Shown here one piece after another: positions 15,701-29,067 of a stretch of DNA of 64,000 nucleotides. Below the pieces are notes generated by a model. It saw only the letters and a list, made by a program, of their open reading frames with translations, had not been told where the DNA came from and did no database searches. Each line of letters opens with the position of its first letter. Within the stretch, counting starts at the first letter, position 1. Location of the stretch: contig CAIIXF020000001.1 of NCBI GenBank assembly GCA_903813345.2, positions 47,120,001 through 47,184,000 of the forward strand, given 5' to 3'. The DNA comes from Owenia fusiformis (lineage: Eukaryota). The position numbers and the translations under genes are program-made.

Positions 15701-18700
15701 CATGGGATAAATGTATACATTATGTGCACACTATAAAATGTGCACATATCAAGTGAGTATATTTTAGATTTGCCACTCAATATTTCTTAGCATCCATCAC
15801 TGTGGTGATATATGTATACAATAAATTGATGCACATGTAATGACCCGAGGGCACCTCCATGAATGACCAGTGCCATTGGTAATGTAACATTAGCCAGATA
15901 CAAATGTGGAAGAAAGTGTGCTAAATTCACTGCTTTGTGTGGGAGTCGAATGTAAGACCATCAGATCCAAACCTTGTGTGGTTTAGTGACTGAGCTACCA
16001 AAGCTTAAACAGGGGAAGCTGTATAGTTCAACTTGAAATAGTGCAACTTGCTATTTAGGGTCATTACACACAATGACATGTTGTGTACATTAAACTGATT
16101 CACATATGGCTGTACAATTAATCAATTTTCATATGATTGTGTACAATAAACTAAATACACTTGGCAATATACAATAGATTGAATACACATGTAATGAATT
16201 GAATACATATAGTATGTGTATGTGTAAAATAAACATGTGTACATGTGACTGTACAAAAGATTGATACACATATTTCTCAAAATATGTACAAAAGACAGAT
16301 GCACATTTAGTTGTGCTATTTACATATTTTGGGTGTTTGCTTTAAATGCTAAACCATGATGATTATTCTTAATCCTGTATCTCATTGTCTGAATCCACTG
16401 TATCATCTAAAATCATCATATTTTTGTCTGAATCCATTAGCTGGTCAGAGTTCATTGTCTTTTTGTCAGCTTTCATTGTCTCAACATTCAGTCTTGGATA
16501 GTAAGAAGGAAGACAATCATAGTCGGCAATGGATCTATGCGGACACTCACATATCTGGTGACCCTCGAGGGTGAGGGCACACTCACTGGGTTTCCCCTCT
16601 GCAGTTTTGCCAAGGTTGCACCTCAAATTGCATGCTGTATCTGAAAGTAAGAGTGTGCCCTACATGACAATATATCACTTTTATCCAGGATTGGAATAAA
16701 ACCATGAATATTTACACTATAAATCTCAATAATTTTTACAATCAAGATTTCCAGTCTTTTCATGCATCTTTCACTACTACTTTATGTTTTGAAAATTGAA
16801 TAAGCCATATAACTCTATGAAAGACATGCTTGTGATCGGTTCATGATCATATCCTGCCTGCATCTTTCATTCATAGATTTAAACAATATGCATACCTGTT
16901 TTGATTTGACATTGTATGCCTGAGTAATAGGCGTCACACCTACATATGTATGCCTCTCCTCTGTACTTGCACTCTCCACGTGAACTACATGCAGTAGACG
17001 CTGACACCATATCACAAGGATGCAGAGTTGATGCAACTAAAAATTCTAAAAAGTTCATTTGTTTGTTAGATATGTTATTGAAACATTTAGAATTGAGAAC
17101 ACTTGATCAAGCTACAAACAGCCTTTCAGAAGCTGAAAATTGTCTGTTTGCAAACTTTCCTTCCAAAAAAATGTTTGTGTCAAGATCTATTGATGGTACA
17201 GATTTCAGGCTCACATGTTGAGTCTTTGGAATCATCAATGTATCTGTCTATCTATCCATTATCCATCAACAATTTTGCAGACAATTGGAAAAATGCTCAT
17301 TGCCTAATGCTCATATCCATTTTATGGTCTCCATACTGGTAATTTACACTATTGTTCCTTGGACTCCCAACTTTTGCCTTGTTTCAGAGAAATCTGTTTT
17401 ATGTTGTTCTTCATAATATCATATCTACTGTGAGCTTGCTTCACCGTTTTTTTTTTATATGACTTCTATATAAAATATGTCAAGGATTTACAAGAAATTT
17501 TTAACCTACCTTCTAAAACTCCTGTTGTATGAGAAATATCTTTAGGAACCTGTTCGATAGTTCCCATTAATTCTGATGCTACTCTTTCTACATTTGCGAG
17601 AGCTTTCTGCAGAATTAAAAGTTGCTTGGAAAATAATGAAAGGGTTTTTGTATCCATTTTGAGGCTTTCATATACTGGAGGAAGCAACGTTCTTTGGGAT
17701 TTCCCTAGCTTCTTTTCTATTTCCTTGTAGAACTTTTTACTAGCACGCTGTAACAGTATTTTTTGAATTTTAGACAATCCAGTTTAATCAATAATTTCTG
17801 AAAAAATGTTGTAATGATTTATCAAATAGGGCAATCAATAAACTAAATTTAATCTTAAAGTTTTAAACTTTCTTACCTTATATGATTTTGGTAAATCCAT
17901 TGATTTATTGAGCACATTATGAATCTCATTTAAAGTCATATTTCCTATATTGTCTATAACATTTGATAATGGATTCAGTAAAGTTGTTTCGATGTTAGAA
18001 TAAGGTAGTAATCTTTCCACAATGAATTGGTTATGAGCCATAGACCGCGTGTCATGGAAACTAAAGTAGCACCCTACCAGTAGCACTATATTCACCCTGC
18101 CTAAATAAAAAGTACAAGAAACATTTTAATATGATACATTTTGTTAACTAAACATGTATAACATGTCTAATAATGATATCAAACATCTTAAAAGGATTTC
18201 TATTTAAAAAAATTATTAATTTGATCCTGAACTGATTTATTGGAAAATTCAGAACTGCTATTTTTCAAAATATATATTAAAAAATGAAAAAGCTTGAGAA
18301 ATTGAATCAATTGAAAAAATTAAGTACTTTTTAATTTTTCAAAAAAAAACAACATTTGAAACTGTCAAAAATCTTTTAAAAACCCTATAAAACTTTTTTG
18401 AAAAAAAAATTATTTTACCGAATTGTGATGATGTCATCCTTCTATACAGCATCTGCATATAAGTAAATACCTTGACTTTGAAATATTATAAAGTCTCGTA
18501 ACATTGTAATCTAAGAGATTCCATTCAGAAACTAATCTGTTTTTTTTCACTTTATAATCTATCTTCCTTTAGAGCATCAAATTATATAAAGTCCATTCAG
18601 TTCTTCCTCTACTAAGACACAATAGGTTTTTATTGTTAATGGCTTGCATTTTATTACAGTACTGTCTAACATCATATTCTTTAGAAGTGTAGGTCGTTAG

Positions 18701-21700
18701 AAAACATCCGCCTTTGTGGAATATTTAATAAATATTATTCATTAATGATTTTTATTCATTAACTGTCCCAATTTAATAACAATGCAAAAATGCGTGGAAC
18801 ACCCAGGTGCTAATTAAAGGTTTTGTTCTTGTGATAAGCGAATGGAACATTTTAATAAAAAATACTTTTCTAATTAATTTCAATTGTTTCACATTGTGAT
18901 GTAATTGCTTATACTAATCTGAAGGCTTAATGTAATAGTAGAATTATGTTATTAAATTGAGCAGTCGTGTTAAAGAAGAAATTAATTTTATCAAATAGAT
19001 TATATAGGATGCTTATTTTGTATATACAGTAAAACCTTCAAACTGAACAGCTTTTCCCTATGTCTTTTTGACATTGGCGACATTGATCTCATACTTTAGA
19101 AGTGTATCTGTTAAAAAAATCCTTGAATACCTAACTGATTTTACCACGTTGTACCGTGCGCCTATTCATTTAGCAACTCAGTAGGCCCTAGTAAACTTCC
19201 TCCTGAAAAAATGAATCTCCTAGATTTGTTGAATTTTCTAGCAGAAATTGCCCCATTCCCTCTGTTCATTTTTTCCAATTACCTGGTGTGAAAGTGAACA
19301 GTGGATAGTATGGAGAAATACCACAGAATATTTTATATCATGTGACCTTTGTTTAACCAATCATAAAATGAGAAACATGGCATTGAGGTAATATACAAAA
19401 TAGTACAATCAAGACTGTGTTATTGAACAATCTCCCCTTTCATATTTTATAATTATGGCAATGATGCTCAATATATACAAACCTCACTGTATCTAAAATA
19501 CTCATGGTAGTTAGACATATACACAAACTACCTTCCCCATCCATGTCATAAATATTCAATACCAAACAATATTCTGTAAGAATGGTTTGTGTGTAAACAG
19601 ATTAACAGTGTAGGAGTTTACTTCGTCACTTGATGCACTTGTACACAATACAAATCAAACAATGCAAAGTCAGTCAGGACGAGGTAATAAATACAAATAT
19701 GTGTATGCTGGCATGTACGTCATTGGGGTATTGGAGCTGCATGCTATATCTGTTATACTCAGTTGAATTCAGTGTATACCTTGAAATATAGTTATGTCTG
19801 CAGGGGTGTCCTAATACTGGTTGAGACTCTATATGGTGTATGTTAAGAGAAATAGCAAAGAAAGAAAACAAAGAGGAACATAAAAAGAAATGGCACCTTG
19901 TAAAATCCCTTCAAGTTTATGTTAACCCCAAACATACACAAACATATACACAAAAATATACATATTTCGCGTTTCTTTTGTTATCCAAAATTTATTTATG
20001 ATGTAATGATATGATATATGACATATGATGTAAAAACAAAATTATAGAATTTAGAACTTAATGCTACTCAACTCAATTTGATGCATGTTGCTCACAATAA
20101 AGATGTTTTACAGTACTCTCCTGAAGTGATACCACTGACTGTGTTTACAATATGCATGTTTTACAGTAGTGTCCAGTTTTGATCCCACTGTATTCTCATC
20201 ATTGTATATTCTTCCAGGGTGGACACGTACTAACTCCATTACCAGGGGCCACAACAACCAAGCCTGGATCAGCAGTAAGCCAACTATCTCTTTGTCCTAA
20301 CAATAGACAATTGAACTTTTTTTCGGTTCTTTACTACATATCTTTGTCTGTAAAAAAAGGCAAATTAAAATGTCATTAAGTCTAATTCACTGAAGTAATT
20401 TATCATTTTGAAGACACCTGTATAAAGACCTACTTAATGTAAGGTCTTCTGTTCCATGAAAACAACACTTTATTGTGGTTCTTTATGGCCAGTTGATTAT
20501 TTAAGGCTTGATGTTCTCAAATTTAAAGGATTGCCAAAAATGGGGTTCGGTATGATAGTTAACAATCCACATTCAATAGTTGTGAGGAGGGAGTAAGACC
20601 AAAACAAGATTAATTGCTTCTTTCCACAAGTTTCTCATTTAAACTGAATGTTTGTATTAAACTTAGCACCCGTTTATAAGGAAAAATAATCTAAATTGTC
20701 AAATTAGACAAAGGGATTTACCAATTCTTAATCGATGACTATTCCCTGTTAAAAGCCAGAGCTCAACACGCGAGGGTGTTTCTTTAAGCAATAGAAGAAA
20801 ACTGAATAATGGATGAACTTCGGAAGTATTGAATTATCTAATCATGAATGCTTATCCATTCAATTCAATCTTATTTGAAGCCTAATCCCAGGATTGTAAG
20901 TGATCTAGGTATTAGTAGGTTAAATCAACGTCATTAAGTAAAATAAGGCGCATGTTTCGTGTCTTCTTTTACTTTTATATTATGTTTGTTAATGTCTTTG
21001 CTAAATTCATGTTTGTCTTATTATTGATTTGCTGTTTAGCAGGGAACATATCAGTATCCATATTTTTGTATCAATTTAGTATGATTTGATATAAATAAAA
21101 GATTTAACTGGCTATGTCTGAAGCTAGGGATAGAAATTGATTACATTAAAAATGCTTGCAATTTGTGATATTTAGGGTGCAGTTTATGTTTTATATTCTT
21201 TGCTATCAAATAACAATGTTTCAATACTCAAATAAGTTAGCAGTGTTTGAATATGATATGAACAACCAGAGTCAGTCTTTATGTATCGAATATCGACTCC
21301 TACATTATGAGTTAATTAATTGATCATTATTACTCAGTTTTAGGATGAGAGGGAGGGGGCCATCCAAAACTCTTTTATCATAAATATTGATATTGATATG
21401 TCCCCTGCTTTGCTCTAGAAATATACAAATAAGTTCTAATTGCCTTGTAGATTGTCTGAAGAAACAAACTCAGATTATCAATAAAAACTAAACTCATTTT
21501 ATTATTTTCAATTATTTCCCAAGAAAGCATGAGGCTATAGTAGACTATAGGCAAGTATTAGAAAATATCTTACAGTATGATTAATGTTCCAATTAAAATA
21601 GAAGCATGTGAAGGTGTGTTTGCACAATAGTGTTGTTTATGAATAGCCAGATGATAAAACAATACACAACAGTCAATTCTGACGTCTTAAATGTCATATC

Positions 21701-24700
21701 ATTTTAAGAGTGTCATCTTGAAACTAATTTCATTTTTCAAGGGTGTCGTTTTGAATTTGATATCACCTCAAGAGTGTATCTTGAATGTGATGTCATTTAA
21801 ATAGTGTCATTTTGATTGTGATGTCATTTCAAAAGGGTCATCATAAATATATCCATCTTGAATGTGATATAAATTCAAAAGTGTCCCTTTGAATGTGATA
21901 TCATTTCAAGAGTGTCATGTTGAATGTGATATCACATAAAGAGTGTCATCTTGAATTTGATGTCATTTCAAGAGTGTCATCTTGAATGTGATATCATTTC
22001 AATAGTGTCATCTTAAATTAGTGTTGTTGCGATGTGCCATAATCATACATCGATGCATCGGCAATTTTCAGTAGTAAACATCGATGCACATCGCGATGTA
22101 CATCGAGAAAAAGTCCGAGAAAAGTGCACTGAAATACCGAACGATAATGCACTAAAATACCGAACATAACAAATTAATAAGAGTACGCTGGTACATCCGG
22201 GAACTTCTACAAACGGTGAAATGAAAGTAAAGTAAATTTCTTTAGATTAATGGTTCATTTCGACTAGCTAAAAAAGTTTTAAAGCGAAAGAATATCAGAA
22301 AACATTGGAAAATGAAATAAGACATGAGAAAGGTAAGCGATTTGCATCAAAATAAAATAAGAAAGGGTGATTTTTAGCAAATTTAATTTTTTGAAAAACA
22401 TCGATGTTTTGTTTCAGACATCAATGCATCGCCAGAATCAGCTTTGGCGATGTATATCGCGATGTAAAGATTAATCGCGACAACACTATCTTAAATGTGA
22501 TACCATGTGATGTCATTTTAAAGGTATCACCTTGAATGTGATATATGTTCAAGAGTGTCATCTTTATTGAATGTGATATCATTTGGAGAGTACCACCTTG
22601 AATGTGATATCATTTCAAGAGTGTCATCTTGAATGTGTTATCATTTCAAGAGTGTCATCTTAAATGTGATATAATTTCAATAGTATCATCTTGAATGTGA
22701 TATCATTTCAAGTATCATCTTGAATGTGATATCATTTCATGTCATAGATCACTTGTTATAATATGTTTAAACTACAGTTTGTGTTGGAGTATATGTGAAT
22801 TAGATAACTTAGAATCAATTAGAAGGCAGCTTAATTAACTGTAAAATAATTGACTTTGTAGACATTTCCATTCTTTGGTATTGTTCCTGCTATTTTGAGT
22901 GAGGAGGGAAAAGAACTAGAGGGGACTGCAGAAGGTTATCTCGTAAGTTTACTTTGAGAATCAATTCACATTGACAAACATCTTACTGAAAATATCAAAT
23001 AAAAACAACCGAACTGCCCAAGAGAGTAATCTTTACGAAATAAATACACCTCTATATTGTTAGATATTTATCCATCAAAAACCAAGCAGAAAGGCAAAAG
23101 CAATGTCACTGTGTTAAATACTGTATAAAATGATAAGTGATGTAATAAAGTTATAAAATTAGTATAAAATATGTATCCTTTGTATCCAAGGTGTTCAAGC
23201 AGCCATGGCCAGGTATCATGCGAACAGTGTTTGGAGACCATGAGAGATATGAGACAACATATTTCAAAAAGTTCCCAGGTTATTATACAACAGGGGATGG
23301 TAAGTCAAATTAGTAAAGTCATAAGCCACATATTAGGGGTTTCTGTCAATTTTTATAGTTCAAGTTTCCAAGTACCGGATTTTCTAGCATATAAGCCCTG
23401 GGCGTATAACTGAAAGAAGGGGTAATTTCGTCTGTTATTTTACCTCTTATTTTTCGCCCATGGGCGTATAAGTGTACTACTTTCGATTTTTGGCCCAGTG
23501 GGCGTAAAGGTGAGAAGAGCGTGGGCATCAGCCATCTTCCTCAAAGACTACCGTACCTACTGTTGTAGTCCTACCACATGTTTTGTAAGAATTATAAAGG
23601 AAATGTCACCTACAACCTTGGACTTAATGTTGAAACAAAGTAACAACAGAACGATCCACCACTGCCACTTACGGCACAGCGTTGAACTTAATGTTGAAAC
23701 AAAGTAACAACAGAACGATCTGCCAGTGACAAAATACTCTTGAATTTATTGAAAAAATCAATAAATAGTCATTTTTTATAGGCCCATGAGCGTATAAGCG
23801 TACTACATTCGATTTTTGGCCCATGGGCCTAAATTTAGGGGGGCGTATATGCGAGAAAATCCGGTATGTTTAAATATCTTTAAACTAAGCAAAAATTAAG
23901 CTTTAAAGGAAGGAGAAGAAGCCGTTCCATTCCAATGAAGTAACTCGTCTCTTCACTAATTAGACAGAGTTCTTTGATCTAACTATTCCATAGGCTTGAA
24001 AGCCCATGTTTATCCCAACCAGATTTTTTATCAGTATTCCATGCAATATTGATCTGCCTAGGAGTTGCTAACTTTAATTTTACATTCCAATTTCATAAGA
24101 CCAAGAAAGCTACATTTGAGACTGTTGAGATCTTATCAGCATCAAGTTCTATATTTATACAAATTATTCGATTTTGGTTTATAAAATACGGGACAAAACA
24201 TGAATGAAAACATGAATGACAAATGTACATGAACTTTACCAAACTGGAAATTTTATTTTATACAGGAGCCAAGCGGGACAAGGATGGTTATATCTGGATC
24301 ACTGGACGTATTGATGACATGTTAAATGTCTCTGGGCATTTACTAAGTACTGCAGAGATTGAATCTGCGCTTATAGAGCATCATGCCGTCTCTGAATCAG
24401 CAGTTGTCTCTCACCCACATGATGTCAAAGGAGAGTGCACATACTGTTTTGTCACCCTCAAAGAGGTAAGAAAATGTTTATGAGTAATTTGATGTGCAAT
24501 TACAAAATGTGGACTAAATCACAATAGTCAGATGGAGCTTCCAGAACACTGTGTATAAATGAATCTTATTAACATTGAAAGTATTTTCAAAATGTTTTAA
24601 TTATAAATATTCAAACATAACATGTGATGTGACAGTAACTACATGTAGAACAATTGATTTACTGGTGGATAACAATTGTAACAAAGACCTCGGTTTTATG

Positions 24701-25734
24701 ATGTATGGCAATTATATGACCTCAGATTTCATTCTGACCATTGTCAAAGACCTCAATCGCAACTCAATTTCGGTCTTTTAACAATGAACAGAATAAAACC
24801 TTTGGTCATAATGTTCCACCATAAATCATAGTCTCGGTCTTTATTCTTCAATTAAAGATATAGACTTTGCAAGTTAAGTCAAATCTTAATAATTAAACGT
24901 GTCACAGCTGATGTTGACAGGCTCTCCTAGACTCAGCTGCATTTTTACTTTGACTGTATGGTCTTTAATTTTGGATACAAAAGTCCATGTTTTTTTTACT
25001 TGTAGCAATTGTTTGTATCATGTAGCATAACTACTTACTTAAGCATGTTACCATATATGAAATCAAAACATATACCAGTATCAAAAATGTCAAAATAATT
25101 TTAACTTTTTGTAGGGTCATGAATTCTCAGATGAGCTATGCAAAGCCCTGAAGCAGCATGGTAAGAAATGCAAGAATTATAAGTTGTGTGAGAGAGTCCT
25201 GCTGGAGTTTTTACATGATAGACTGACTGATATGTCTGATAATGAAATATAATGGGATATTATATAATGACAATGAATTGATAGGCTAAGATAATTAAAA
25301 ATATGCCATAATTGTGATAATTATTCCATTTATGTTATGTTATGTAGGATTTTCTGTTAGAAGATTATGTTTGAAATATAACTAGAAAATCAAGTGTGAT
25401 GGAGTTATTGAAATATGAATTCATTTCAAATAATCATTCCTTTTTAAAGAAGTAAAAATCTATTTTCAAGAGACAGGTTGATGAACATTCTGCAGTTCGC
25501 AACATTTATGCAGTTTTTACTTCTTTTTTTGTAGTGAGGGAACTCATTGGTCCATTCGCTCAACCAGAATATATCCAGGATGCACCTGGATTGCCGAAAA
25601 CACGATCAGGAAAAATTATGAGACGAGTATTGCGTAAAATTGCACGTGGAGAAAGAGATTTAGGAGATGTTACTACACTGGCTGATGAAACTGTGGTGGA
25701 ATCTTTATTTAAATTGAGACCAAAAAATGCCTGA
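775..25734 (+). CDS. ACSS2: Acetyl-CoA synthetase, cytoplasmic/nuclear type; last 15 exons (5' part lies upstream of the window)
   Basis: GT-AG exons with consistent phases: 775-866, 1083-1186, 3103-3175, 5115-5190, 6329-6443, 7233-7348, 8279-8471, 9401-9534, 10120-10252, 20218-20274, 22862-22942, 23191-23299, 24266-24465, 25115-25160, 25535-25734 (TGA). Motifs: [12 protein letters not shown] (AMP-binding), [64 protein letters not shown]. The insert TSPASKRPC resembles the ACSS2-specific SPPIKRSC segment. Confidence 0.97.
2067..2260. mobile_element. Short MITE with CAGGCCCGTA...TACGGTCCTG termini
   Basis: Imperfect TIRs, G-tract, flanking ATGTG duplication; related to the 5946-6040 copy. Confidence 0.6.
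3492..4291 (+). mobile_element. Helentron-associated non-autonomous element (HINE; CvA/DINE-1-like), copy 1
   Basis: Subterminal inverted repeats TCCCAACAAAC / GTTTGTTGGGA, (CCGT/CAGT)n microsatellite, 3' hairpin GCTACTCCGCGGAGTTGC, ends CTAGTT; highly similar to 14172-15011. Confidence 0.8.
5946..6040. mobile_element. Short MITE related to 2067-2260
   Basis: CAGGCTTGTAGCCAGG...CCTGGGTATGGGCCTG flanked by ATGTAG on both sides. Confidence 0.55.
8071..8209. repeat. Foldback palindrome, probable MITE
   Basis: AATATAGAC...CTAGGCACAAA pairs imperfectly with TTTGTGCCTAG...GTCTATATT over ~60 bp. Confidence 0.65.
8513..8974. mobile_element. Tc1/mariner-pogo-type MITE
   Basis: TIR CCGTATTATCTCTATTAAACGCAC / GTGCGTTTAATAGAGATAATACGG, TA on both flanks. 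Confidence 0.85.
11326..12411 (+). mobile_element. Tc1/mariner internal-deletion derivative with long (~185 bp) TIRs
   Basis: TA|CAGGGCGTTCATAAAGTTCTTGCAAAAG...CTTTTGCAAGAACTTTATGAACGCCCTG|TA; internal transposase remnant [20 protein letters not shown] from 11925 (RSGRP-type motif). Confidence 0.88.
12670..13004. mobile_element. Degenerate Tc1/mariner-type MITE
   Basis: TA|CAGGGT...ACCCTG|TA with decayed internal inverted symmetry. Confidence 0.55.
14172..15011 (+). mobile_element. HINE copy 2 (same family as 3492-4291)
   Basis: Same termini and body; longer (CCGT)n tract at ~14214-14325. Confidence 0.8.
15836..16068 (-). mobile_element. 233-bp TGT...ACA element with 11-bp TIR, 4-bp TSD and an internal tRNA-like segment
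   Basis: CACA|TGTAATGACCC...GGGTCATTACA|CACA; minus strand carries TGGTAGCTCAGT (A-box-like) and ATTCGACTCCCAC (B-box-like). Confidence 0.6.
16369..18437 (-). CDS. Nested antisense gene in ACSS2 intron: putative secreted ~297-aa protein with helical region, two EGF-like modules and acidic tail
   Basis: Exons 18437-18419, 18100-17877, 17747-17510, 17036-16896, 16640-16369 join in frame (894 nt) with GT-AG. Exon 4 is a phase 1-1 EGF module ([37 protein letters not shown]); exon 5 has a second six-Cys module. The hydrophobic N-terminus is [14 protein letters not shown]. An alternative in-frame ATG lies at 18452. Confidence 0.8.
19283..19363 (-). promoter_or_regulatory. Candidate core promoter and non-coding first exon of the nested EGF gene
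   Basis: CCAAT box at ~19357-19361, minus-strand TATAAAA at 19337-19331, then CAG|GTAATT donor at 19283/19282; acceptor TGCAG precedes 18452. Confidence 0.45.
21677..22740. repeat. 31-bp minisatellite (AGAGTGTCATCTTGAATGTGATATCATTTCA)n interrupted by a hAT MITE
   Basis: Repeated units visible at ~21677-22018 and ~22489-22740. Confidence 0.9.
22019..22488. mobile_element. hAT-type MITE
   Basis: TIR TAGTGTTGTTGCGAT / ATCGCGACAACACTA with 8-bp TSD TCTTAAAT (22011-22018, 22489-22496); subterminal ATCGATG/ATCGCGATG repeats. Confidence 0.88.
23375..23864. mobile_element. Tc1/mariner-pogo-type MITE
   Basis: TA|CCGGATTTTCTAGCATATAAGCCC...GGGCGTATATGCGAGAAAATCCGG|TA; internal ~35-bp duplication. 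Confidence 0.82.
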
Positions 25735-28700
25735 TTTTAAATCACGTAGCAGGTGGATTGCACTTCAGTTGGTGTTTTTTGTCTAAGCACTTAAACTCCG
25801 AGTTCCATTAATTTTGCTCATCTAAGATTCCTCACTTTAATGTGAACTTCTCATCTCATTCCACTCATATTGTATTATGACAGATTGACTGATTTCTCCC
25901 GTCATGAAGGTGCATTGATTGGTAAAACAAACGGCTAAGCAAAATTCACATAACATGAGAAATATTTTGCTTAAGCCTACCCTGATCAAAACTATCTGGC
26001 TATGTCTTCAGATTGTGATACATAGTCATTAATTAAAAGTCTGTAAAATTATCTAAAAATAACACATTCTCTTAATTTTAACATCCGACCACAGGTGATT
26101 GTTGATAATTGTTTAGGTTTTCTGTATGGCCTCTCAAATATACCATTGTTGTTTTGTTTATATATGAAATGTTAAGGCCCAATTGAAGTGTAATTCACCA
26201 TTCGCTTATTTTCTGCCTGTGATGCGAATGATATAATGAAAATATGTGAACAAAATAAAGGTACATGTGTACAAAATTCTAAAAACAAGATGAAAAATGC
26301 AATAAAAAAGAAAATGAAATTGATATTTTGTAAATCCACAATTTTGGATTTTCAAACAGTCTTTACATACAAAGATCAGTACAGTTGTATTTGATCTCCC
26401 ATCAAAGTCAAAGTTTATGAAAACAATGATTTGGAAGTTGTAAATGCAGAAACTGTAGGCTATGAATCTTGTATGGACAAGATAGGCCTAGCTTGACCTA
26501 TTTTGACTCACTGGATATTGATGCACTATGGATATTTTCCATAAAATAATACAATCACGCATGTAAGCAGACACATTTATATTCATAATTACTTATATGC
26601 GCACAGTAATACAAAATGCATAGATCTATTTAGTATGTGGTTTTGAGACAAATATAAAATCATCCCTTGTGATCGGAAAATTGGGCCGGAGGGGGGAGCA
26701 GCCAAATTCTGCTAGAAAATTCAACAAATCTGGAAGATTTAATTTTTCAAGAAAAGTTTACTATTGAAATGTGTGGGCACACAGTATGGCAAATATGTTA
26801 GGTATTTTAGGATTTTTTGAATTGATACCCTTCTAAGATATGGGATCCATTAAAAAAGATGCAAGGCCACCAACATGCAAAAGTCAATGTTTTTTCGATA
26901 AATCAAGCAGTCTACACCACCCTGTCCCATTTTTCCAATTACAGGGTGTGAAAATATTTGGGAGGTTTTGTTATAATTTTGTATACTTTGGTATTTCATT
27001 AATACATCGAAAATGTATGAATGTAACATTCAAAATATCATTATATTAATCAAGAGAATGGTATAAATGTATATTATTAAGTTAACTTATTATTGTGTGA
27101 AACATTTTGAATTTTAATGACTGGAATGATGTCATGTTTTGTAGGTCATGTCGAAGTTTTTGTAAAGGTCACCTCAAAAGTAATTCATTAATTGTGTATT
27201 TAGCCTTTTAAATGTATAACAAGGCAGGAAAGTTGAAGGCCACATTCATAGGTATAGGTAACCTGAATAGTTGAGGTTTAAATTGATTTCAAGGCTTCTT
27301 GGAGGTCAATTTCTATAAAATATCAGGGCCACAAAAAGAGGGTAAAACACAACAAAACAGATGAATATGATATACTGTACAAGTATAATGAAACAAATGA
27401 AGATAGTTTGAACTATTTCATGTAGTTTATGTACTCATTTATTTTTATATCATAGTTTGACCTTTATTTAGTAATATTGTGTTTAGCTAGAAATGTGTGG
27501 AAATAATGAAACATTAACTTAGGATTGATAACCAAACATTTACTTTGTAGTCGCACTCCTGGAATATAACTTGAACTGTGATGTACTAACATTATGATAT
27601 ATATCTTGGAACTATGTTGACAGTGTATGTTTTTTATGTTCATTTTAGACTCATTTCAATGTTAAGTCATGTATGTACATTGAACCATAAACTGATGACT
27701 AAATGTATGTTCCATCATTGACTAATGTATGTACACTGTACCATAAAACTGGTGATTAGTTTATGTTTATTGTATCATAAAACTGGTCACTGTTTTAAAC
27801 AATGTATTTGCATCTATTTTTATGTATAATGTATAAATGGCTTGTGATCTTTAAGAATCTTCATCAAGTGGGAAAAATCTCCGATAATGCACCCCAATAC
27901 TCATTTTATCCGGTGTTTCTTGTCATATACCATATGTATTATTATTCTCATTCCGATGTGATATTGAAGTTCATTATATTCATGTGCGATTGTATTTCTT
28001 GATATAAATAAAATAGGGTTATCATTAACTAGAGGTCTGTTTTTGGAAATGTCTTAACTTCATATTTTGTTGCAAGTCAATGTACATCAGGGTAAAGCTC
28101 TTATATAAGTGCTGTTTCATCAGAATTTAAATGAAATCTAGACTACCTTGATGACATTGAATTTTCAACTTTAGGTCATTTGATTCAAGGACTTCTCCAT
28201 CTGTATAAAAGTTAAACACGTGTAAAGACAGACTTGGATTCTGTAGGTTAAAAGGTGTTTCTATTGAGTTTGACATGTTGAAAAATGATACAATTCTGAA
28301 CTTAACTCAAGATGCTGACATGTGTAAATCTTAAAGTATTGATATCTATTCATTATCTATTCACTATACATGTACTTTAATGTTTATGAAATACTGATAG
28401 GCTAGAATTCAAAATTGAGTACTTTTATAATTCTTTATATTGATATTTTAAAATTGTCTGTGTAGACTGTCAGATTGTCGAGCATTTCATTTTATTCAGT
28501 TTCCCTAAAATTTTTCGTTGAGTGGTGTTTTGTTTATGATCATATATAAAATTGTATAATATTGTTTAATTTAGGTTTAACATGTATAAGGAAAAGCAGA
28601 GTTCTGATTGTAAATTTTTGTGAGGTATACATTTGTATATACATGGTACATATAATCTAGAATATAAGCAGAAAATATAATAAATTGAATAGTTGTGTTG

Positions 28701-29067
28701 TGTTTATTGTCTATTATAGTTTCCATCAAGTCTGAAGATTTGATGATGCATATCTGAAGATTGGACATATGTGCCAACATCAATGGTACCCTTTGTATTC
28801 GATGCACTTCACTTCTTAAAGGAGAGATTCGTGTCCAGCTTATAACTAGACTCTGCATGAAGGGTAATCAATGGGCTTTCATATTCATACACAAGGTATG
28901 ATCCAGACATGCTGATAAAAATGGTCTTATTATTTGTAAAAATGTACTTCCATCTGTAACTTGAATACAATTCATTAAAAGTGGAGTTTACTTATGTTGC
29001 AAGTTTACAATGCCGGTAACTATGGAAACGGGATACTAGATACTAGAGATACTGTGATGACATGATA

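Noticed and set aside
17100..17400. Possible additional exon of the nested EGF gene
   Set aside because: Candidate acceptors lead to stops in all frames; flanking exons already join in phase.
28020..28900. Coding-looking stretches as missing ERICH1 C-terminal exons
   Set aside because: No frame with ERICH1-like motifs or coherent splice sites found by eye.
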